Source: Catajapyx aquilonaris (taxonomy: Eukaryota). From it: a stretch of 64,000 nucleotides of DNA. The DNA lies in contig KZ538393.1 of assembly GCA_000934665.2 (NCBI GenBank), positions 1-64,000 of the forward strand, in the 5' to 3' direction. The notes below the pieces were generated by a model, which did not search any database, had not been told where the DNA came from, and saw nothing but the letters and a program-made list of their open reading frames with translations. The position numbers and the translations under genes were made by a program. Positions 1-10,023 of the stretch are shown piece after piece (the stretch's first letter is position 1; the number at the start of each line of letters is the position of its first letter).

Positions 1-1250
1 GTGGGCCGATCCGGACCGGACTAAGACCGGAGGCAGCGCCGGTCATCCCTCCGTGCAACGCAAAAAACCGCATGTCCGTACCTCCCATAGGAGCGAGAAT
101 ATGTCGAACGAAGACGATGAATCCGCACCCGTTTTTCTCCTCGCTTTGCCTGAAAAGTGGCGCGGTCGCCAGGTACCCGGCCCTCTTAAGTTACACGTCC
201 ATGGAACTCAGCAGTGTGTGTATTATAATTAAACTATCGCACCCGTAGCCAAAATTTGGCAAAGCCTGCAATGAGGAAGACAATGGTAATGAAAAAATTG
301 AATGAGAGGGATCGCGGAGTGACAACTAAGAAATAGAGTATAGCTGGTCGCAAGACGGGATTGAGAAATTGAGTGGCATTGACTCAATGGACATACTGTA
401 CACGTCCTGAATCGGACGTGAGAGAAGTTTTCATAAAACCTCCCGATATACAACATTGTGTGCAAACACTCTGTTGTTGGCGAGCAATGTTCCGTGTTGA
501 GCAGTAGGAGTAGTGAACACTTAGACCTGACTTGGGTTGCGAGTCCGGGACAGTGCCACATGCAGCTGGCCATGATTGGGAGAAGAAGTCACGGCACTAC
601 TTTTTCAGGCAGCAACATCTGGAGCGTACCAGACAAGGCTATTATTATGGGGAATGATGATGATGATGATTAAACACTGGTTTCATTCTTCCTGGCACTT
701 TCTTTTCGACTATCCCCGGGTTCAGTGTCGAAAATCGCGGCCAATCCGGCTTACCACTCTCCCCGCGGGGGTACCGGGAAGGACCTTCTTTAAAAAACTG
801 AAATTGCAATGAAATCCCGATAACTCGAAATTATCGATCAGTCGAAGAAAAGCTTGGACTTGGTGGATTTTCCATAAACGGTAATGCAAATTGAATTCCG
901 ATTACTGGAATTTGTATAACTAGATTTTCTCGATAAGTCGACTATATTTTGCATACTCCACAGCACTTTGTCAGACCGGGGAATTTCCATGTGGTATGAT
1001 TCATTCTTGCAGATTTTCACCCCAGCTGGTAAATTGTGATCGGCTTTTCTATATTCCTATTGTCCACTAATAGCAATGAACTTATTTTACAACACAATAT
1101 TAAAGCAGCTTCAAAATGGTGTAATACAATGTGACACATTACTAATCATTAGTTCCCATTTTATTGAACAATTTGCATCTAGCAGCTGCCATGGATCTGA
1201 TTTCTTCATTTTTCCGCCTCCAGTCCCACTCACGTGAACATTCTGTCAAG

Positions 1251-2255
1251 ATGTCAGCCCTTGATGCATGCGACACCAGCAAGCCCTCCAGCACCTCTAG
1301 TGAGCTGTCGGTCACAGCTGCATCGACTGCAGCAACATCATCTGGACCTGTTCCTTCTCCATCCGCCACATTCACTTATTCTTTCGACGCCAATAATGGA
1401 GAAACTTCTAATCAAGGAATATCAGAAGAAGTGTTTGTCCAGGACCAACTGCTGGTGTCTGGATTAAAAGATGCACAAGAACCTATGTCGCCAGTCATGA
1501 CTCCATCTGTCACGCCTGGCAATGGCCTGAAGAAGTTGCGAAATGATGACATCGAACGGCCAGGGAAGAAGCAGCAAACGCCTGACGGAAACGACCCTGC
1601 CATTATCGTGTTTGGCGATGAAGAAAATAATGATCTAGAGAGGTTTTATGTGGAGAATTTCGCCGAATTGGTGCTCCTTGTTTTTCGAGGAACTGTACTT
1701 TTTGATCGTTACCGACGACGCATCCTGCTGACTACAACTGGTGATGATCAATTTGCCGAGATGACAGACCGAATTCTAAATGAGATGCAAAAGTTTGAAG
1801 CCAGACTAGTTCGAGACATAGCCATGGTACAACATATAGTGAGGAGATGGGAAAGTGAAGGTCGAGCTAGAGATGACCTTTCCCAGATGGTCATTCAAGG
1901 TCTACAACCACAAGTTGCATTAGATGTCAGCGACATCAGCAAGCTCTTCAATGAGCTTCAGCTGGCAGGGGGAAATATCAACATCAAATCAATTACAAAA
2001 CCTAAGGAAAATGTCTTCCTCGAGGCCTTTCAGTCTGGACCTGCGCAGGAAGAAGTTAGCAGCAACAACAATGAATCACGATCTATCTCGGATGGTTCTG
2101 ACAGTGGAGAAGAATCAAGAGAGCTGAGTCTTCATGACATACTGGACGACCTCCTTGTATTGAACTCTTTGCCTGAAGTTTCACATATTATGCAGACCAT
2201 TTCCAATATATTCTCACCAGCCCATCAGAGCTTGGTTGTCCTTTTGAAAAATTAA
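1251..2255 (+). CDS. Uncharacterised protein (~334 aa), single coding exon; Ser/Thr/acidic low-complexity ends around a more hydrophobic core
   Basis: Uninterrupted ORF of >1 kb. Pyrimidine tract and AG at 1201-1223, ATG in CAAG-ATG context at 1251, TAA 2253-2255, AATAAA 2421-2426. Possible 5'UTR intron 1029-1223 (CTG|GTAAAT). No family recognised. Alternative in-frame ATG at 1191. Confidence 0.55.
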   Translation: MSALDACDTSKPSSTSSELSVTAASTAATSSGPVPSPSATFTYSFDANNGETSNQGISEEVFVQDQLLVSGLKDAQEPMSPVMTPSVTPGNGLKKLRNDDIERPGKKQQTPDGNDPAIIVFGDEENNDLERFYVENFAELVLLVFRGTVLFDRYRRRILLTTTGDDQFAEMTDRILNEMQKFEARLVRDIAMVQHIVRRWESEGRARDDLSQMVIQGLQPQVALDVSDISKLFNELQLAGGNINIKSITKPKENVFLEAFQSGPAQEEVSSNNNESRSISDGSDSGEESRELSLHDILDDLLVLNSLPEVSHIMQTISNIFSPAHQSLVVLLKN

Positions 2256-3049
2256 ACCCTCCCAACTCGGTCTTCCTACCTGGCCAGCACGCACTGTCAC
2301 ACTTTAGTTTCATCGATGGAATATATTGATGTGCTATTGGTAACGTTATTCACCTGATGTAACATTTTTACTCTATACAGTATACATTTATCAATGGGAC
2401 ACAGCATTGTTATGCTGATAAATAAAATGCTTAGCAGTGCAGGGTAATTTGATTCATTAATAGGGTGCATCGTGGGGTTTAACTGCAGTAGTCTTTGTAG
2501 TGTTTTTGAAATTGCATCACCTGACGGAGGCAAAGACGGTTTCATAATGCATACTCCAACAGTCGAGGCCCTGTGGAATGTGGAATGGATTCGTAGTCTG
2601 GAGTTACTTGGGACCATCAACAGCCTCGTGAACATGGATCTCCCTCTGTGGTAATTCGCTCCCTCAGCAACAAACTGGCGTGACAGGCAGGAATGGCCAA
2701 ACCTGCTCCCAACAGCATCAGTGGTCCCACCGTCTGCTGAATCTTGAGGTCCATATATGTCCACCTCGTAGATCCTCCATCCTCTTGTCCTGCTCTTTCC
2801 ATGCATTCGGCCACCAGCTCATCCTGGAAAATTGGGGTGTAGTCCTTGTCGATCTTGTTCAGCAAGCGAGCAAGGTAGCCATGTTCGGAACATGGAATCG
2901 ATACATCCCCCACTGCCAGGAACAGATATTGAGGTCCTATATAAAACCATCAAATAGGTAGGCATTTAGGCCCTGAAAACAGTCAAAATAGGCTCTTAAT
3001 AGGCGGTAAAAATCAAGCAGGTCCAAATTTATTTTCATTCCTATTTTGC

Positions 3050-3400
3050 AGCATAATAACAAACTAGCAGTTGTTACATATTTTCGTTGGTTAATTATTG
3101 CAGTTATTCGGTGATGCCTGTCGGACGATTCATCTTCATAAGCTGAAAATGACCTTTTGACGTCACGCTAAGTAACTGGATCATACTTGAAAGGTGAAAT
3201 TTCTTCTACAGTCATTTCATCTGGCATGCCTACAGCTTCTTCACCCTTGATTCGCAGTTGAGGCCATAAATGATGATTGATCCAATGGGCAATGTATTGC
3301 AAGGTGCATTTTCGGTGTTTACTACTTTGTATTCAGAGTTCAACTGCAGGACCAAACTCGTGACGTTCTAAAATATGATTGCTTATATAATAATTGAAAA
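3050..3400 (-). mobile_element. Degenerate hAT-superfamily DNA transposase fragment (C-terminal dimerisation region)
   Basis: Minus-strand translation of 3260->3061 reads ...EEISPFKYDPVT*RDVKRSFSAYEDESSDRHHRIT..., resembling the FKYAP(I/V)TSxDVERSFSxYKxxLSDxR motif of hAT-type transposases. In-frame stop indicates decay. Boundaries approximate. Confidence 0.7.
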
Positions 3401-3794
3401 GGACTCTCTATTAGAGTACTAATGGAAGCTAAATTGATATCAAGCAGTTGCCACAACTCATAATCAGAGGGGGCTAAAAATATGGTAATAAAAAGAAGTC
3501 GCTTCAAAAAGGGAGGCAAGTGTGTTGATAAGTTACAACACCCTTTTTATTATTAAATCACAGTGAAAAAATTGACAATTCATATTAAACTGTACACTGT
3601 TGCTCTTCGTCCTGACATCATCATTGTATCACTTAGGAAAAGAGAAGGTAGGAAACAAAAAAACAAAACAAAGCAGTCTTTGTACAATAATCGAATGGAA
3701 AAGAATGGAAGGCTCACATTTTCTTTCCTTAAATTCAACAGACATTCGTTCAGGAACAGAGCTATTATTGATTGAGGCGCGTGGTGATGAAGTC

Positions 3795-5108
3795 TCATTT
3801 CACATTATTTGTTGTTGGAGGGATTGTGATGGGCCGGCGAAACAGCAGGATGTGTGGCTCTGGAAGAAAAGGACGCAGTCATTACTCTATGTTACTTGCT
3901 AATGCCACCATACATAGCCCACTCACTACATGCACATATGTGATTAACTTGCCAAAGAGTCGGAAAGCATTAAAATCTCTAAACCCAGCAGTAATATTTG
4001 TAAAATATGCTTGTGAGTTAACGCTTTCAAACGAGACAGGTGCAAAAATCAGAGCGAATGTCTACGGCTCTTGACGCAAGTCGACCAACTATCCGCAAGC
4101 TGCACTAGGAATATGATTAGTGTCTTGCCAGTCCTGCTCACATGATGCAGCCGGTTGATATTTTTCAGTCCAGTTTTCAGGCTGCATGAATGTAAACATT
4201 AACATAGCAATTTTTAGGGCACATCTGTGTGACATGCCTGGGAATGGTATCGTATTTTGTACCTTATAAAAATCAGAGTACAAGTATTCAGCCAACTGGC
4301 AGAAAAGGACAGACAACACTTCCCAAGCACGGGAGCGCACAATTCTTCCTGGAGCGAATATGACGCAAATGACAAGTACCAGACTACCTGTCCCAGTAAT
4401 ACTTGCAAATTTTCCGCCTTCTTTTGTCCACAACCCTACGCAACTTGTTAACAGTTCCAAGTGACACCATCGCACCCACCAATCCTTGACATTGCACAAT
4501 ATCGCCTGAAGGGACTGAAACAAAGGCAATAATTCAAAACGTGGCAAAATGCTGCCGCCAATATTAATTTGGTGGCATATAGATCCTTCTTTTCCCAATG
4601 TTTGTTAAGCCAACTGGTATGTATAGGATAAACACATTCCGTGACGGAATAGCCAGCGATCAGTACACAATTTTTGCAAGTATTTCTAAGCGTTCCCTTT
4701 GCGCCTGTCGCATGTGCAATGGTGTCATTTGGAATATTTTAATAATTAGCTCAATCGCCGCACACGCACCGGGATCATGAGTCATGTAGTGGACCCAACC
4801 CTGGCTCTGCTGTACCCCAAGACTCCTCCACTCGGCCTCAGTCATAAGGTGCGCCTTCGGAAGCATCTTCACCATGTCCTTTGGTATCATCACATGTCTG
4901 CCAAACACAAAAACATTTGTCAGAATATTGGAAGCAAACAAAAAAAAAATAATCAAAAAAGAAAGATGGCGCCCGTTTTTGTTCTGGAACGTTCTGGAAT
5001 ATGCCTCTCTTCCGTTGTGCCCGCCACGTTTCGAATAATTGTAACTCACCTGTACTCGAACTTGTCGTCGTAGTACTTGTCCGAGTAATAGATGTTTTTG
5101 TGGCTCAT
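3795..5108 (-). CDS. Cks: Cyclin-dependent kinases regulatory subunit (Cks/Suc1 family), 83 aa; exons 5108-5050, 4897-4770, 3859-3795
   Basis: Spliced translation [83 protein letters not shown], very close to CKS1B/CKS2. GT-AG introns; 252 nt total; minus-strand AATAAA at 3546-3551. Confidence 0.97.
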
Positions 5109-5853
5109 GGTTCTAAGAGGGAAAATGCTCCGGAGGGATAATCGACAAGCCAAGAAGAGTGTCAACCGACGGATCTCTCGCTGAACTGACCGGTTTCAAA
5201 TGCAAGACGGGTGCGGCCTCTGATTGGCCCAGTTTCCCACACCTTTGAAAGCAACGCTGCCAAACGAACAAGGCAATTAACCCGCAATTTACATTAGTTT
5301 TTTTTTAAAAAAAATCACATTAAATGGAAATGAGATAATCACGTTGCGTCATTAACTAGCTAATTAGGACGCAGCTATGCTACTTTTGAGTAGGAACTGC
5401 TACTTATAGCCGTTATGAAGCTGATAATATTTGTTATAATTCATTATTCTGCGTGCAGAATTGCTGCAATTGTGCCCGTATGATTAATTAGCCCAATTTT
5501 CTGTCCGCATTTAGGCGTTAAATGTGTGCTGGTGCAATGCATAAGACCCGGATAAGACCGTGGTGACATGTAATAATAGCAGTTATTAGCAAATAAGCTG
5601 CTCACGGGCATTAAACAAACGCAGCGTTATTAACTTAAATGTGACATTTAATTAATATTAATTGCATAAAACGACTAATTAATGTGTTCAACTTGGGTCG
5701 TACTAAGCGATTTTTAAAGTTAATTAGTATTTAAGAGCGAGTTGCATGCACAAAATGGCGGCCGCTTCTTGTTCTTGAAAGGAACGTTTTCGGTTCGTTT
5801 TCTTGGAAGTTTTTTTTTTTTTTTGCAAGTTCTGCGTGTTTGTATGGTCAAGT
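5109..5853. promoter_or_regulatory. Divergent (bidirectional) promoter region of Cks and cactin
   Basis: Start codons 745 bp apart on opposite strands. Cks side: CHR-like TTTGAA at 5195-5200 (minus) and 5244-5249, CCAAT box at 5223-5227 (minus). Cactin side: YY1-like AAAATGGCGGC at 5752-5762. Confidence 0.6.
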
Positions 5854-8274
5854 ATGGGTCGGAACGATGAGGACAGCGGACGGACATCAGTGCGGCGGAG
5901 GGAGGACGATCGGACCAGGAAAAAGTCGCCTTCCTGCAAACCCAAGGAATCAAAGAGGAGGTACGGATGGGGGAACAATTTTTTTGGAATTAATTTGAAC
6001 ATAGAATGTACCATGACAGTAATGGAATTGTTGTTTGCAGGTCGCCGTCACCTCATGGCAAGAAGACTCGAAAGGAACGGCATACCCAGCCGGACACTCC
6101 GCCTCGCCAGAAGAGCAAGAAGAAGAGTAAGAAAAAGGAGAGGTCCAGTAGCAGCAGTAGTAGTGATAGCGACTCTAGTTCCGGCTCAGCGAAATCCACC
6201 AACTCGTTGAAGCTCCTAAAGCGGCTTGAGGAGGAGCGTAACCGCCTTCGTGAAGAACGGCGGAAGCGGAAGGACATGATGAAAGCGGGCGAAACACCGG
6301 AGGAGAAGCGATTGCGTCGGCTGCTGAAGAAAGAGGCGAAAGAGCGGAAAAGGAAGGAGCGGATGGGATGGGACAACGAGTACTTGCATTACACCAATAC
6401 GGACAATCCATTTGGCGATGCGTACCTGCTTGAAACGTTTGTGTGGCAGAAGAAGCTGGAGAAAGAAGGGTTGAGCGATGTGGGGCGGGAGGAACTTGAG
6501 AAGCGTAACCGTATGAAGCAGGAGGAAAATCGGCGTGAACTTGCTAAGGTTAAGCAGCGTCGCCAGGAGCGTGAACTTGAGCGGCAACGACGGGAGGATG
6601 AGATGACGCTGCTGCAACGACAGAAGGAGGCGGCGCAGTTTCGTGAGTGGGGCCGACAGGAAGATCAGTTCCATCTGGAGCAGGCGAGGTTGCGATCGAC
6701 AATCCGAATCCAGGATGGTCGGGCCAAACCGATTGACCTGCTGGCTAAATACATTAGTGCTGAGGAAGACGTAGACGCTGTTGAAATGCATGAACCGTAC
6801 ACATACTTAAATGGGCTCACGGTTAAAGATTTGGAAGATTTGATAGAGGATATCAAAGTGTATAAGGAGCTTGAAAAGGGTAAAAACTTGGACTACTGGA
6901 ATGACATAACTGTCATTGTCGAGGATGAGCTTCGTAAGCTGCGCAAGTTGGAGCGAAACAGTGAATACGAAGCTGCAGTTGACAGACGTGAAGGAATCCA
7001 TGTGTCGGTGGCGCAAGATGTTGCTCAGGTTTTTCGCTCAAAGACGGCATCGCAATTGCAAGCATTACAAACCCAGATTGAGTCCAAAATCAGCGGAAAA
7101 GCCGAAGGTATCGACGTCGGCTACTGGGAGTCCCTATTGTCGCAGCTGAAAGCCCACATTGCTCGTGCCAGGTTACGTGACAGGCATCAAGAAAACTTGA
7201 GACACAAATTGGAGATGCTGAAGGCGGAACAAGGTGTGAAGTCTCAAGATGCATCACCAGCTCCTTCAACCGAGTCTGAATCGGAACCTGAATCAGCTGG
7301 AGAAGGGACTTCACAGGATGCCAACCAGGATTCAGAGCGAGACATTATAGCACAAAGTATAGCGGAGTATGAATCTTCTGGTTACAGCCCACGTTACCTG
7401 GGTCAGTCGGAGCTTGAGCCTGGGACACTAGTTACGTTAGAGGAAGACGACTCAAAGAGGCTGGATTTTGCACGGCACCAAGTACTCGGAACTGGTCAGA
7501 AGATTGAAAGCGTCATGTCAGCCGAGGAGCAGGCATTGCAACGTGAAGCCAAAAAGGGAATGACGGACGACGAAGCTGCATTTTCAGTTGAAACGGCCAT
7601 TGACAACCAAGTGTACTTATGGTCAGACAAGTACAGGCCGAGGAAGCCGAGATATTTCAACCGTGTGCACACTGGTTTTGAGTGGAACAAGTACAACCAG
7701 ACTCATTACGACATGGACAATCCTCCGCCGAAGATTGTGCAGGGCTACAAGTTCAACATCTTTTATCCGGATTTGATCGACAAAAATTCAACGCCAGAGT
7801 ATTACCTGGTGAGTACCGGATTTTTTACTGCTTTGTTTGCGCAGATAAGCAGGAAAATTTATGGCAGGATTTTGTCTGAAAGAGATTACACTATGTGAAT
7901 GCCCCCAATTCATTTTTTTTGACCCTACTTTCATCACTGTACAGTACTACAAGTTTTGCAATTTTGCGTATTTTGGCCATATTTTCCCCATTTTTAAACT
8001 GCAGAGTGACATCATATTGCTAGTGTTAATTTAGAGCAAATTTCACACGGTTTCTTACTTGTAATTTTTGTCTTGATCTTTCCAGATGCCGTGCGAAGAG
8101 AATCGTGACTTTGCGATCTTGCGATTCCATGCTGGCCCACCGTACGAGGACATTGCGTTCAAGATAGTGAACCGTGAGTGGGAATACTCGTACAAGAGAG
8201 GCTTCCGCTGTCAGTTTCACAACAACATTTTCCAGTTGTGGTTCCATTTCAAGCGATATCGTTACAGGCGTTGA
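5854..8274 (+). CDS. cactin: Cactin (spliceosome-associated, Cactus/IkB-interacting protein), ~687 aa; exons 5854-5960, 6041-7808, 8086-8274
   Basis: Cactin mid-region (YTNTDNPFGD, IRIQDGRAKPIDLLAKY) and C-terminal domain (KPRYFNRVHTGFEWNKYNQTHYDMDNPPPKIVQGYKFNIFYPDL...FHAGPPYEDIAFKIVNREW...RYRYRR*). GT-AG introns 5961-6040 and 7809-8085 keep frame (2064 nt). Confidence 0.97.
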
Positions 8275-9779
8275 ATTTGGCGAGGAACAATATCATGTGC
8301 AGTGTATATTTTATTACATGTCGAATATAACTTATGTTGTTGGGCAACATAAATTAATGTCTATTAATTAACCTCTGCTGACCTTGTAGATAGAGTCTAT
8401 TTATGGCATGACAGAGTGGGGATCAAAATATCTTCACTCGAGCTTCTTTGATCAATTGACTGTCAAACCAATGACGTCTGCATGAACACCTGCGGGTGGC
8501 TTCCGAGTGACAACATTTTCATACAGACGTAAAATCAGTGAAATTTTTTTCTTCAGATTTGTTGGTAAAAGGTACTAATCTGATGAGCCTAAACTCAGCT
8601 TAAGCTTGCATCACCTGAACTGCTGATAAGTTTTCTTCCTTGTGTACTTTGACATTCACCTAATCACCGAGCTGTCGCCGATGCTTTTCTCTTCACGCGA
8701 GGTCAGCTCGGTATTACAAGTTCCACGGAAACACAATCTTTGCGATTAATTTCACCTTCCAGAAGCAGATTACAATTGCAAGAAGCTGTGTCCGCAACTG
8801 ATGCGTCAATCCATTATGAAGTGGGGATTTTGAGCTCTGCGTAATTATTCAAAGATTGAAGGCATGATAAACAACGGCTGATAGTGTTCCTAGTTTCCTT
8901 TCAAAATTGTGCAAGAAACTTCATTTTATTGAAAAAATTTAGTTAAAATTTTCAGCCTTCAACTGATTATAGTTCCGGATTCCTTGGGTCAACTGTTGTG
9001 AAACAGTTTATAATCGCTTCACCTTTGCCATTTACATGTTCATGATTCCGACTTCGCAAGGTGAGAAAGCTTCGTGTATGACAATCAACTTGTGTTTGGC
9101 TAACGTTGGAATTGTGATGTTTTTAGGTTCATAGGCCATGTCTAGGAAAATGAATGCCAGTGTTTCCAGCATCACTGCGGAGGGTCATGAAGCCAGAGAG
9201 GAATGGATCTTGGGCCGCCATAGAAACCGACTCCTAAGGCAACGAATAAATAGCTTAGGTAAATATTAAGAGCTAGAAGGAACTGATTTCAATAGCATTT
9301 GAGTGAGCTCCTATCTGTGATGATCAGTAGGAGTAATTTTAAAATAACAGAGCAAGGAAGATAAACGCGTTTATAGCCTTGGATACTTGGTTACGCTGCT
9401 ATGCCATCAATTTAACATACAATTTAAGGCGAATAATTACCCAAGTTACTTGTACTACACTCGACAATCATCATTATGTTGCTGTTTCCATTAGCTTAAC
9501 CAACATTGCATTGTTCTTTACGTAGCAGAATGTGATCATTCAAAACTGCGGAGATAAGAAAATGTTTGGCCATTGCAAACTGTGCCATTTGCTCAATCTT
9601 TCTGGGATTGGAATGCGGATGCCACGCTGCTGCAGTGTAACATTGACCTCAGTGAGTGTTGCAAATGCTTCCAAACTAGAGCAACTTCGCAAAAGGTCTT
9701 AATCGTGTACGTCATGTAAGACCATGAGGGATTAACACTACCAAGCAAGTACGCACCTACTGTCAGATTCGGCTCATAA

Positions 9780-9960
9780 AGCTCTGTTGATATCAGTGGT
9801 GGAAGTTGAGCCGGAGGGGAGGGGATAAGAGAGAGGGGGTGGCGGCAGACGTGAAATCTTAGGCATCAGAGAATGATAACTTGATCCGGTGAGCCAAAGA
9901 AGTGACGTCAAGGTCAGCCTTATCGTGATTGCTACCAAAGAGTATTAATTAGGGTCCTGG
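9780..9960 (+). promoter_or_regulatory. Putative proximal promoter of the peritrophin gene: GATA cluster plus overlapping CRE and FTZ-F1/ERR-type element
   Basis: GATAAG 9824-9829, TGATAA 9874-9879, CTTATC 9919-9924; TGACGTCA 9903-9910 overlapping TCAAGGTCA 9908-9916; all within 250 bp of ATG 10024. Confidence 0.45.
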
Positions 9961-10023
9961 AGACCTGGGAGGCCAGAGTTTGTGGTGCCACCGAGGAGTC
10001 AACATACTCTTTAGAGAGGCAGG

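Noticed and set aside
1..190. GC-rich segment ending CCCTC-TTAA, possible transposon terminus with TTAA target site
   Set aside because: The other end lies outside the window, so TIR and TSD cannot be verified.
520..675. Possible LINE/SINE 3' end with (GAT)n tail
   Set aside because: Only a short microsatellite tail; no convincing reverse-transcriptase similarity seen.
2297..2961. Overlapping 60-170 aa ORFs between the orphan gene and the hAT relic
   Set aside because: No recognisable motif or consistent splice structure; could be decayed TE sequence but not supportable by eye.
6006..6040. ORF-track start for cactin (MYHDSNG...)
   Set aside because: Lies inside the GT-AG intron 5961-6040; ATG 5854 gives a continuous spliced frame.
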